From Candidatus Syntropharchaeum caldarium (GTDB lineage: Archaea; Halobacteriota; Syntropharchaeia; Syntropharchaeales; Syntropharchaeaceae): DNA of 32,000 nucleotides. Every line of letters starts with the position of its first letter. The first letter of the stretch is position 1. The stretch lies in contig LYOS01000004.1 of the NCBI GenBank assembly GCA_001766815.1, forward strand, positions 103,610 to 135,609, read 5' to 3'. Both the position numbers and the translations under genes were made by a program. Positions 8,501-15,897 of the stretch are shown here, piece after piece. The notes under the pieces are model-generated. The model was not told the DNA's origin. It ran no database searches and saw only the letters and a program-made list of their open reading frames with translations.

Positions 8501-8616
8501 TTTTTTCAAGTCGTCAATAAACTTTACACTGGTTATAGAAATATCTGACATATCACTAAACTTTGCAATACAGCGTGGCGGTAGCTTTATGAAAAGGAAA
8601 GATTATATAGACAGTA

Positions 8617-9411
8617 ATGGATATAATTCAATCAATTCTTCTGGGTTTGATTCAGGGCATCGCAGAATGGCTTCCGATAAGTAGCGAGGGCCAGTCCATG
8701 CTCTTCATGATGGAAATTTTAAGGCTCTCTCCTGTGGAAGCATTTTCGATTGCAATCTTTCTCCATCTTGGAACTACACTTGCCGTTATCCTGAAGTTCA
8801 GAGCTGAATTTCTTGAGATCCTGAGGTGGCGGATAACATCTAATCCCATTCTTCTTAAAATAATCATCATCTCAACGCTTGCAACTGGAATAACTGGTGT
8901 TCCACTTTTCTTTCTCATAAAAGGTTTCAGTCATGGGGATATCTTCACACTTTTAATAGGCGGTATGCTCATACTCACAGGAATTCTTCTAAGAACTCAA
9001 GACTCAAAGGATGAGGGGTATAAACGAATCGAAGATATGAAAATCCGTGATATGCTGTTTTTAGGTCTTGCTCAGGGGTTTTCTATCCTCCCTGGTGTAT
9101 CAAGGTCTGGAACAACAATAACTTTCTTGCTCCTTGATCGAATGAGACAGGAAGATACACTGAAAGTATCTTTCCTGATCAGCGTCCCTGCCGTGCTGGG
9201 GGCTGTTACATTGAACCTTGTTACATCATCTGGAGAGGTGATTCCATTTTCCGTTACCAACGCGCTTGTCATGATCACTGTCGCTTTTCTCGCAGGATAT
9301 GCCACGATAGACCTTCTCATGAGATCTGCCAGGCATCTGAACTTCTCAAAGTTCTGTATCATCCTTGGCTTTCTGACCATCGTTGTTACGGTCTTCCCGT
9401 GGATTGTCTAA
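8617..9411 (+). CDS. uppP: Undecaprenyl/dolichyl-diphosphate phosphatase (UppP/BacA family)
   Basis: 264-aa polytopic membrane ORF. GLIQGIAEWLPISSEGQ (E-x-LP-x-SS-x-G motif) and LPGVSRSGTTIT (PG-x-SRSG) are the two UppP signature motifs. Confidence 0.9.
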   Translation: MDIIQSILLGLIQGIAEWLPISSEGQSMLFMMEILRLSPVEAFSIAIFLHLGTTLAVILKFRAEFLEILRWRITSNPILLKIIIISTLATGITGVPLFFLIKGFSHGDIFTLLIGGMLILTGILLRTQDSKDEGYKRIEDMKIRDMLFLGLAQGFSILPGVSRSGTTITFLLLDRMRQEDTLKVSFLISVPAVLGAVTLNLVTSSGEVIPFSVTNALVMITVAFLAGYATIDLLMRSARHLNFSKFCIILGFLTIVVTVFPWIV

Positions 9412-9448
9412 AACACTCAAATAAAGAAAGAGGATTTTATTCTCCTTC

Positions 9449-9958
9449 TCACCTGTGACGCCTGTCAAAGAAGATGAAGAGTCCAATTACCGCTGCAAGT
9501 GGTAGTGCGATCGTTGAGAATTCTGGGATTTCTTCTGTATTCTCTAAGTTTTGTTCCGTATCATCAGTCTGTGTTGATGCTGGTGTTGACGTTGGGGATT
9601 GAGTAAAAGTGGGAGTGGGCGTCGGTGTTGGGGTTGCAGTTGCCGTTGAATCGAAACTACCACCGCCTCCACCACCACCTGCGCCACCGTTTAGCCGTAA
9701 AAGAGGTAGATCTGCGCTCGTTGGTTCTCCATCCTCAGTCCCTCCTTCACCATTTGCCTCGCTATTTTCACCTGCAGGTGTAGGAGTAGGTGTTGGGGTA
9801 CTATCATCTACTGTTATCCCAATTCCCCCAATGCCTCCTGTTGTATCCTCGACGGATGGGGCAGGATTTAAACCCCATGATAAAACAAATACCACAAAAA
9901 ACAGGATGATAATTACAAGAAGGATTGCTATATGCTTTGGTTTTATATTCTCTTTCAT
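9449..9958 (-). CDS. PEF-CTERM archaeosortase-target protein, Thr/Pro- and Gly-rich, no globular domain
   Basis: 169 aa. It has an N-terminal signal/anchor helix (HIAILLVIIILFFVVFVLSW), TPTPTPTP runs, GGAGGGGGGGS, and a C-terminal tripartite signal: PEF (9518-9526), hydrophobic helix STIALPLAAVIGLFIFF, then DRRHR. SD-like GGAGGT lies 7 nt upstream of the ATG. Confidence 0.75.
   Translation of the reverse strand: MKENIKPKHIAILLVIIILFFVVFVLSWGLNPAPSVEDTTGGIGGIGITVDDSTPTPTPTPAGENSEANGEGGTEDGEPTSADLPLLRLNGGAGGGGGGGSFDSTATATPTPTPTPTFTQSPTSTPASTQTDDTEQNLENTEEIPEFSTIALPLAAVIGLFIFFDRRHR
9575..9649 (-). repeat. Imperfect ACN-CCN (Thr-Pro) tandem codon repeat inside the PEF-CTERM gene
   Basis: Encodes STATATPTPTPTPTFTQSPTSTPAS. 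A shorter run lies at 9776-9802 and a Gly10 tract at 9659-9688. Confidence 0.8.
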
Positions 9959-9997
9959 TGGTTTTACCTCCTATCATATATTAGTGGGTTATGGCGC

Positions 9998-10007
9998 AAT
10001 ATAAAAG
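9998..10007 (-). promoter_or_regulatory. Candidate TATA box (CTTTTATATT on minus strand) for the PEF-CTERM gene
   Basis: Located about 45 nt upstream of ATG 9958, followed by the SD-like GGAGGT at 9966-9971 (minus sense). Pattern only. Confidence 0.35.
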
Positions 10008-10420
10008 TCATGTGGGAATGGAAATCGCTTATTTTTTGCAAGAAAACTGTATTCGTCTCCTTTCCCAGATTTTAAGGGCACAGGAAGAATATCATGCAGA
10101 TTATGTTAAAGTTTATTTCGTTTAATCGAAAGAAAATTTGAAGACTTCTTAAATATGATTATTGAGGGGTGTTTGAAGATGAGCTTTCATAAATCCCATC
10201 TTCAACCGATTGGCCCACGGTTAAATCGAGATCTATTAAAATTGCAGACCATTTTGATGAGTGGATTTGTTCAAAGGCATGATGAGAGAGTTGATGAGTA
10301 TCTATGGCTCTCGTGCTTGCTGAGATTCAGGATAGTTGCATCATTTCTGCATAAAAACAGCTTAAACAAAAGAACTTTGCTTTGGGAAGCTATGGATGAA
10401 TCCATTGAATAGAAGGATGT

Positions 10421-11074
10421 TTATTCATTCATCGATGTGTATCGTTGAAGCACCCTTAAATAAATCTCCTCATGCAACCCATCAAATTCTCTTGTGGCAT
10501 CTATTACGGGTATATTTAAAGATTCTGCGATCTGTAAGTAAGCTTTTCTGTGAATTTTCAGATAATCGATTGCATTATCAGATTCTTTAATATTCACCGA
10601 ATCTTTTGTATCGTCCTTGCGAAGATCCGAGACTTCTTCTGGAACATCCAGCATAAAAGTAAGATCAGGCTCTGGGATAAGCTTGAGAAGAATTTTTGAC
10701 GCCTTTTCATTGTATAACCCATCATACATGAGGTCTGCTATCATGTCATAAACGTATCGATCACAGACGACGTTCTTACCTATGAGAAGAGGAATCTTGA
10801 CCTTAAAGAGATAAATGCAGAGGAAATCGAAGATTACAATATAATTCCAGATTTTTCGTAATATCCTGCTTTTATGGTAGTCTTTTCTCCTGTACCTTCC
10901 TGTTACAAGATAGATAAAAGCCATTAGTGGCAGAGTGATTTTTGGATCCCAGTTACACCAGACATACTGAGAGGGAATGCCCATGCTCTTGAATCGCTCA
11001 ACGATCTTTGTTGCGTGCGTGGTCTTGCCGGTACCGTCTATTCCGGTGAAGCAGATTGTAATGCTTTTTTCAAT
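10421..11074 (-). pseudogene. Thymidylate-kinase-like P-loop protein with hydrophobic insert; start codon lost at the IS junction
   Basis: The frame reads IEKSITICFTGIDGTGKTTHATKIVERFKSMGIPSQYVW... (GxDGxGKTT P-loop, later DRYVYD). It is open from 11074 but preceded in frame by TGA AAT GAG TTC, which is IS sequence, with no ATG/GTG/TTG. The first in-frame ATG (10984, the ORF-track start) lies after the P-loop. Confidence 0.6.
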
Positions 11075-11090
11075 GAACTCATTTCAAAAC
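11075..11090. repeat. IS terminal inverted repeat (left in window coordinates)
   Basis: GAACTCATTTCAAAAC compared with the reverse complement of 11761-11776 (GAACCCATTTCAAAAC): 15 of 16 positions identical. Confidence 0.65.
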
Positions 11091-11709
11091 CCTCAGCACC
11101 ATCCTGATACATGCCAAATTGACAATTCCCATAAAACACACCGCCAGCCGCTCGAACCTCACCAGTATCCTCTTGAATGACTCGATCCAGGCGTTAAATC
11201 ACTCCACTGCACTCCTGTTTTTCATATAACCATCCTTATCCAGCCTTGTTGGTCTTCCCGCTTGGGAAACTTCCTGTTTCTTTTATTAACAGGAATATTT
11301 GACTTTATACCCCTCTTTCTTAGATAATCCCCTATCTCATCCGAATCATAGGCAGGATCTGCATTCACCTCATAAGGGGGATTGCATCCCCTCTACCCCT
11401 GCGTCCTACCTGCGGTAGGACTAGTCTGACTGAAAGTCGGACATTGGGTGCATGAGGCGGATGCGCTTTATCCTGGAGAATTATATCCCACACACCCTCT
11501 TCCTCCCATCTCTTCAGCCTTCTCCATGTGGTGACATAAGATCCATATTCTCCTGGCATATCCATCCATCTGCATCCTGTTGTGAGGACGTAGAGGATGG
11601 CGTTGAGCGTTTTTTTATCGTCTGCCCTCGGTCTTCCTGTCGGGGCAGGTGGTGGAAGTAGTGGTTCGATGAGTTCCCATTCTTTCTCAGTCAATTCCTC
11701 AAATTTCAT
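11079..11709 (-). pseudogene. IS5-family transposase remnants (N-terminal helix-turn-helix part plus broken C-terminal DDE part)
   Basis: N-terminus MKFEELTEKEWELIEPLLPPPAPTGRPRADDKKTLNAILYVLTTGCRWMDMPGEYGSYVTTWRRLKRWEEEGVW. Downstream reads ADPAYDSDEIGDYLRKRGIKSNIPVNKRNRK, then a frameshift to GRPTRLDKDGYMKNRSAVE-TGA-FNAWIESFKRILVRFERLAVCF. The conserved V-E-R codon is a TGA. The central catalytic region (about 80-90 aa) is missing. Confidence 0.7.
11377..11442. repeat. Cluster of three adjacent short hairpins at the IS deletion junction
   Basis: GGGGAT-TGC-ATCCCC (11377-11391). GTCCTACC-TGC-GGTAGGAC (11403-11421, perfect 8-bp stem). GTCTGAC-TGAAA-GTCGGAC (11424-11442, 7-bp stem with one T:G pair on the plus strand). 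Confidence 0.7.
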
Positions 11710-11736
11710 ACCATCCCCTCAGATGATGTTAGTTTG

Positions 11737-12136
11737 TTATTGAGGGGACCTTATATAAATGTTTTGAAATGGGTTCTCTATTAAAATACCTATGATACCT
11801 GTGATATTTAATCTGTAGTTTCTGGCTATTCTTCTCGCCTCGTAATCATCCAATAGAATTATATCCGCTAATTCTTCTAAAGCAAGGGTTATCGTCTCTG
11901 CTTCTCCTTCATCTAAAACCATTGTAAGAGCCTTATTAAGGTTTTTATCCTTTATCCTTATCACTTTTATCCATTCCGCCTTTTCGATATTTTTCGCATC
12001 TTCTCTACCCTTTCCTCCCAGTCACACATTCTTTGTATACAGCCTCTGGCACGATTATTTCTCCAGAAAAGTGTTTTAATAGTTCCAAACGACCTATTTT
12101 GGCTAAGTGTATCAGCGGTGATGAATCACTTACCAC
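11737..12136 (-). pseudogene. DUF3368 (PIN-like) toxin gene, frameshifted and 3'-truncated by the IS
   Basis: A GTG at 12136 overlaps the UPF0175 stop by 11 nt. Frame 1 reads MVSDSSPLIHLAKIGRLELLKHFSGEIIVPEAVYKECVTGRKG then TAG (12005-12007). The sequence continues one frame over as GKGREDAKNIEKAEWIKVIRIKDKNLNKALTMVLDEGEAETITLALEELADIILLDDYEARRIARNYRLNITGIIGILIE. It then runs into the IS inverted repeat (NPFQNIYIRSPQ*). The 400-nt span is not a multiple of 3. Confidence 0.65.
11761..11776. repeat. IS terminal inverted repeat (right in window coordinates)
   Basis: See the partner repeat at 11075-11090. Confidence 0.65.
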
Positions 12137-12389
12137 TTTTGGCAAAAGTTAAATCCTCCTCTAATTCTTTTTCTGTATAGTGTCTCGTAATTTTTCTCTC
12201 CCCTAATACCTCTATAAATTCCCATTTGCCCATCTCAGCCAGCTTTCTTGCTTTACCCATTGAAATAATACCCCTTTGGTATAAAGCAATGGCTAATTCG
12301 AGCTTTAATACCTTCTCTGTATCCTCTTCAGGTATTTTTAGCGTTGTTAATACATCCTCAGGTATGCTCAGCGATTTCATGCCCATCAC
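12126..12389 (-). CDS. UPF0175 family antitoxin-like protein
   Basis: 87 aa. SIPEDVLTTLKIPEEDTEKVLKLELAIALYQRGIISMGKARKLAEMGKWEFIEVLGERKI matches the UPF0175 pattern (LAIxLYxxGxISxGKAxxLAxxxxxEF). It lies immediately upstream of, and overlapping, the DUF3368 gene. Confidence 0.75.
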   Translation of the reverse strand: MMGMKSLSIPEDVLTTLKIPEEDTEKVLKLELAIALYQRGIISMGKARKLAEMGKWEFIEVLGERKITRHYTEKELEEDLTFAKSGK

Positions 12390-12391
12390 CT

Positions 12392-13177
12392 TTATTTAGT
12401 CACAAACTCTCCCAACCGATATATTCTCCTCCCAACCCCATATATCAACTCGTGTTGCACCCTGTAATCCAGTACCCCCCTTTTGCATGCTTCGATGCAG
12501 ACCATACAGCCGATACATTCTTTCTCATCTATAATATTAACTTTGCCATCCTCTATACCGATATTTCCTATCGGGCAGCTCAGAGCACAGCTCTCACATC
12601 CTGTGCAGCGCTCTTCAAACTTCGGATATGGGATCTTCCTGAAGAACTCTTCCATCAGATAAGAGAGCAGATATGATCTGAATGATGGAATTCTTGGCGG
12701 CATCTCAAAGCGCCTCTTTACATTCTCTATCGATTCACCAGAAACTTCATAGTTTTCCATCTCACCAAATCCAAACCCACTTGCAAGCATGATATGCCTG
12801 ATCCTCTGAGGTTTATAGCCCATGATCCGAACCGATGCAGCATCAACCGCGACAGGATCAGTGCCAGCAATGATCAGATCCATCTTAACAGGATTTCCAT
12901 TTGCAGGACCAAGTCTGCCTTCAAGGGCGTAGATGCCATCGATAACTGATACCATGCGCTTATTCTCTGTAAGATAAGAAAATACATCGAGAATTGTCTT
13001 TTCTATCCCCATTATATGTCCTGCCATCCTCTCCCTCTTTAGAATACATCCTAAAAGATTCTTTATCCCAAGTGAAACGCCTGTCTCACTGTGTGTCTTC
13101 ATCTTGGCAACGTTTATGATAAGATCACAGTCCATAACCGTCTTTGGCAGGTGAAAACGCTTCAGAGCCAGCTTCAA
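12392..13177 (-). CDS. DUF362 domain protein with C-terminal 2x[4Fe-4S] ferredoxin domain; apparently 5'-truncated
   Basis: 261 aa from a TTG start. NVAKMKTHSETGVSLGIKNLLG (DUF362 K-x-K-T-H motif) sits only 25 residues from the start, whereas I recall it about 100+ residues in. C-terminal CTGCESCALSCP and CIGCMVCIEACK. An in-frame stop lies 2 codons upstream of the TTG. Confidence 0.6.
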   Translation of the reverse strand: MKLALKRFHLPKTVMDCDLIINVAKMKTHSETGVSLGIKNLLGCILKRERMAGHIMGIEKTILDVFSYLTENKRMVSVIDGIYALEGRLGPANGNPVKMDLIIAGTDPVAVDAASVRIMGYKPQRIRHIMLASGFGFGEMENYEVSGESIENVKRRFEMPPRIPSFRSYLLSYLMEEFFRKIPYPKFEERCTGCESCALSCPIGNIGIEDGKVNIIDEKECIGCMVCIEACKRGVLDYRVQHELIYGVGRRIYRLGEFVTK

Positions 13178-13194
13178 GGGTGATCAGAGATTAA

Positions 13195-13204
13195 CTTTAT
13201 ATAG
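13195..13204 (+). promoter_or_regulatory. Candidate TATA box (CTTTATATAG) for the 13233-24063 operon
   Basis: Centred about 33 nt upstream of ATG 13233, in the 55-bp gap between divergent genes. Pattern only. Confidence 0.35.
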
Positions 13205-13232
13205 TTCACGGAAAAGAGAGGATGTGATATAA

Positions 13233-14099
13233 ATGAGTTCTGACGGGATAAGTATAATAGGTTCTGGTTGGGTTGGTGTAGCGATTGGAAAGGGTTTTTC
13301 TAGGCTTGGATTTAATGTAATATTCTATGATGTGGTTGAGAAGGATCTGCCGAACTTCACCACAGATATTGAGTATGCGGTTGAGAACTCGGAGATCTCT
13401 TTTATCGCCGTCCCGACACCCTCAACCCCGGAGGGGATCGATCTGAGCTATATAAAAAACGCTGTTGAAAATATCGGGAAGATGCTTAAAAACAAAGATA
13501 AGTTCCACCTTGTGGTCGTGAAGAGCACGGTTGTTCCTACAACGACGGAGAAAGTGGTGATACCTATCCTTGAAGAGCGGTCCGGGCAGAGAGTGGGAGT
13601 GGGTTTTGGGGTTTGTATGAATCCTGAGTTTCTAACAGAGATTGCGTCAACGTGGAGTGAGGAAGAAAGTGCTAAGAGGGATTTTTTCAGTGAGGATCGG
13701 ATCGTCATTGGTGAATACGATAGGAGGTCAGGAGATATCCTGGAGGAGATCTATAAACCGCTGAATAAACCGATTTTTAGAACAGATCTGAAGACCGCGG
13801 AGATAATAAAGTATGCCTCCAACTGTATGCTTGCAACGAAGATCTCCTACTGGAATGAGATCTTCATGATCTGCAAAGAACTTGGCATCGACTCACAGAT
13901 CGTTGCAGAGATCGTTGCCCTTGATCCCCGGATTGGGAAGTACGGAACGGTTCATGGCAAAGCGTTCGGTGGCAAATGCCTTCCCAAGGACCTGAAGGCT
14001 TTCATCTCTTTTGCTGATAAGTATCATAAGGTGAAGCTTCTTAAAGCGGTGGATGAGATAAACGAGGAGATAGGAGATAGGTTTGGGGTGAGGGAGTGA
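13233..14099 (+). CDS. UDP-glucose/GDP-mannose dehydrogenase family protein, short form lacking the C-terminal UDP-binding domain
   Basis: 288 aa. IIGSGWVGVAIG (NAD Rossmann), AVPTPS, NPEFL, TAEIIKYASNCMLATKISYWNE, catalytic-Cys motif FGGKCLPKD. The ORF ends right after the central domain (AVDEINEE...). Its stop overlaps the GTG start of galU (GTGA). Confidence 0.8.
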   Translation: MSSDGISIIGSGWVGVAIGKGFSRLGFNVIFYDVVEKDLPNFTTDIEYAVENSEISFIAVPTPSTPEGIDLSYIKNAVENIGKMLKNKDKFHLVVVKSTVVPTTTEKVVIPILEERSGQRVGVGFGVCMNPEFLTEIASTWSEEESAKRDFFSEDRIVIGEYDRRSGDILEEIYKPLNKPIFRTDLKTAEIIKYASNCMLATKISYWNEIFMICKELGIDSQIVAEIVALDPRIGKYGTVHGKAFGGKCLPKDLKAFISFADKYHKVKLLKAVDEINEEIGDRFGVRE

Positions 14100-14971
14100 T
14101 AAGGAAAGCGGTGATACCCGCAGCAGGGCTTGGGACTAGGTTTTTACCATTTGCGAAGAACGCTCCGAAGGAGATGCTGCCGCTTGTCGATAAGCCTGCG
14201 ATCCAGTATGTGGTTGAAGAGGCGGTTGGGTCAGGGATTGATGATATCGTGATTGTCACAGGGAGGGGTAAGCGTGCGATCGAGGATCACTTCGATAAGG
14301 CTTTTGAGCTCGAATGGACGCTCCGAGAGAAGAATAATATTAAGGCGCTTGAAGAGATCGAGCGAATCTCACAGCTCGCAGATATATACTACATCCGTCA
14401 GAAGGAGCCGCTTGGACTTGGGCATGCGATACTCTGTGCAAGAAAGCACATCGGAGATGAGCCTTTTGCGGTGCTTCTTGGGGACGATATTGTATTCTCA
14501 AAGATCCCTTGTACAAAACAGCTCATCGAGCAGTATGAAAAGGTTCATAGCTCCATAATCGCAGTGGAACATGTCCCGCCAGAGCGAATCGAGAGCTACG
14601 GTGTTGTGAAGTTCAGAGAGACCCCGTATGATCACCTCCACCCGATAGAGGATCTCGTTGAGAAACCAATGAGGGAGAGAGCACCATCTGATCTTGGAAT
14701 TCTTGGAAGATACATCCTCACACCAGGAATATTTGAGTGCATCGAGAGAACACCCCCAGGCATCAAGAACGAGATTCAACTCACCGATGCACTGAAAATT
14801 CTCAGAGAGATGGAGGACCTTTATGCGTATGAGTTCCATGGGAGACGGTACGATCTCGGGAACAAACTTGACTGGCTCAAGACGAACTTCGATGTTGCAC
14901 TGATGCGGGAGGAGTTCAGGGACGAACTCATCGTATATATTAAGGATCGGATGAAGGAGCTTGGAGTATGA
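14096..14971 (+). CDS. galU: UTP--glucose-1-phosphate uridylyltransferase
   Basis: 291 aa. [48 protein letters not shown] are classic GalU motifs. Confidence 0.9.
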   Translation: MIRKAVIPAAGLGTRFLPFAKNAPKEMLPLVDKPAIQYVVEEAVGSGIDDIVIVTGRGKRAIEDHFDKAFELEWTLREKNNIKALEEIERISQLADIYYIRQKEPLGLGHAILCARKHIGDEPFAVLLGDDIVFSKIPCTKQLIEQYEKVHSSIIAVEHVPPERIESYGVVKFRETPYDHLHPIEDLVEKPMRERAPSDLGILGRYILTPGIFECIERTPPGIKNEIQLTDALKILREMEDLYAYEFHGRRYDLGNKLDWLKTNFDVALMREEFRDELIVYIKDRMKELGV

Positions 14972-15897
14972 TGGTGATCGTTGCAGGGGGCGCAGGGTTC
15001 ATCGGATCCCACCTCTGTGAGTATCTCTTGGAGAGGGGATATGAGGTTATCTGTCTCGATAATTTTATAACAGGGAGAGAGAAGAATATCAGAGGTTTGC
15101 TCGATGATGAAAACTTCAAGTTCATCGAGATGGATATCACAGAACCTCTGCCCGAGATCGATGCTGACTGGATATTCAACCTCGCATCCCCTGCATCTCC
15201 CCCGGATTACATGGCTCATCCGATCACAACGATGCGAACAGGATCCTTTGGCACATACAATTTACTTGAGCTTGCAAGAAAGAGAGACGCAAGCATCCTC
15301 TTTGCATCAACATCAGAGGTCTATGGCGACCCACAGGTGCATCCGCAGAGAGAGGATTACTGGGGGAATGTGAATCCTGTTGGACCAAGAAGTGTCTATG
15401 ACGAGGCAAAGAGATTCTCAGAAGCTCTCACAATGGCATACAAGAGATACTATGGTCTTGATACACGGATAGCAAGAATATTCAACACTTATGGTCCGAG
15501 GATGCGAGAGAACGATGGAAGAGCAATCCCGAACTTCATCGCGCAGGCACTCAGAGGAGAACCACTGACAGTCTATGGAGATGGCTCCCAGACCCGCAGC
15601 TTCTGCCACATCTCTGACATGATCAGGGGACTGTACCTCCTTATGGAATCCAGATACAGTGAACCGGTGAACATCGGAAACCCGAACGAACTGAGCATCC
15701 TCGAGCTTGCAAAGCTAATAATAGACCTCACGGGTTCAGACTCTCGGATCGAGTTTGAGCCTCTGCCAGTCGATGACCCGAAGGTGAGGATGCCAGAGAT
15801 CACAAGGATAAAGGAAGCAGTTGGCTGGGAGCCGAGTGTTGGACTGAGAGATGGATTAAAAGATACGATTGAGTACTTCAGGAGGGTTATAGGATGA
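14968..15897 (+). CDS. uxs: UDP-glucuronate decarboxylase (UDP-xylose synthase)
   Basis: 309 aa. Near-colinear match by eye to UXS: [107 protein letters not shown]. Confidence 0.9.
   Translation: MMVIVAGGAGFIGSHLCEYLLERGYEVICLDNFITGREKNIRGLLDDENFKFIEMDITEPLPEIDADWIFNLASPASPPDYMAHPITTMRTGSFGTYNLLELARKRDASILFASTSEVYGDPQVHPQREDYWGNVNPVGPRSVYDEAKRFSEALTMAYKRYYGLDTRIARIFNTYGPRMRENDGRAIPNFIAQALRGEPLTVYGDGSQTRSFCHISDMIRGLYLLMESRYSEPVNIGNPNELSILELAKLIIDLTGSDSRIEFEPLPVDDPKVRMPEITRIKEAVGWEPSVGLRDGLKDTIEYFRRVIG

Larger units (their letters stand above)
11075..11776 (-). mobile_element. Decayed IS5-family (IS427/IS1031-like, two-ORF type) insertion sequence with internal deletion
   Basis: Terminal inverted repeats GAACTCATTTCAAAAC (11075-11090) and GTTTTGAAATGGGTTC (11761-11776) match 15/16 in inverted orientation. 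They enclose a transposase N-terminus (DUF4096-like) and a C-terminal DDE remnant. At 702 bp it is too short for an intact element. Confidence 0.65.

Noticed and set aside
8652-9380. Minus-strand ORFs (8652-8918, 9072-9380) inside uppP
   Set aside because: They are antisense to a gene with both UppP signature motifs and have no features of their own.
9609-10004. 131-aa plus-strand ORF with GVGVGVGV and poly-Pro runs opposite the PEF-CTERM gene
   Set aside because: It is the mirror image of the Thr/Pro and Gly codon repeats on the minus strand. The minus-strand ORF has a signal anchor, a sorting signal, an SD and a TATA box, while the plus ORF has none of these.
10155-10412. 85-aa plus-strand ORF in the 462-bp gap between the PEF-CTERM gene and the kinase-like gene
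   Set aside because: It has no recognisable family, no convincing SD or TATA spacing, and a composition like the surrounding spacer. It cannot be excluded as a small orphan gene but is not supportable from sequence alone.
11065-11070. T6/A6 homopolymer as the sole cause of the kinase-like gene frameshift (simple sequencing error)
   Set aside because: The ATG that would be restored lies inside the IS terminal inverted repeat, so it cannot be the native start. IS insertion is the primary lesion, and the homopolymer explanation is retained only as a possible rescue route.
11424-11442. Hairpin with a GAAA-containing loop considered as a group II intron domain V remnant
   Set aside because: There is no AGC catalytic triad, no two-nucleotide bulge or lower stem, and no other intron domains or reverse-transcriptase ORF nearby. 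It fits better as part of the hairpin cluster in the IS scar.
14498-15219. Minus-strand ORFs of 79-132 aa (14498-14839, 14821-15219, 14940-15179) opposite galU/uxs
   Set aside because: These are shadow frames of well-supported plus-strand genes, with no motifs or translation signals.
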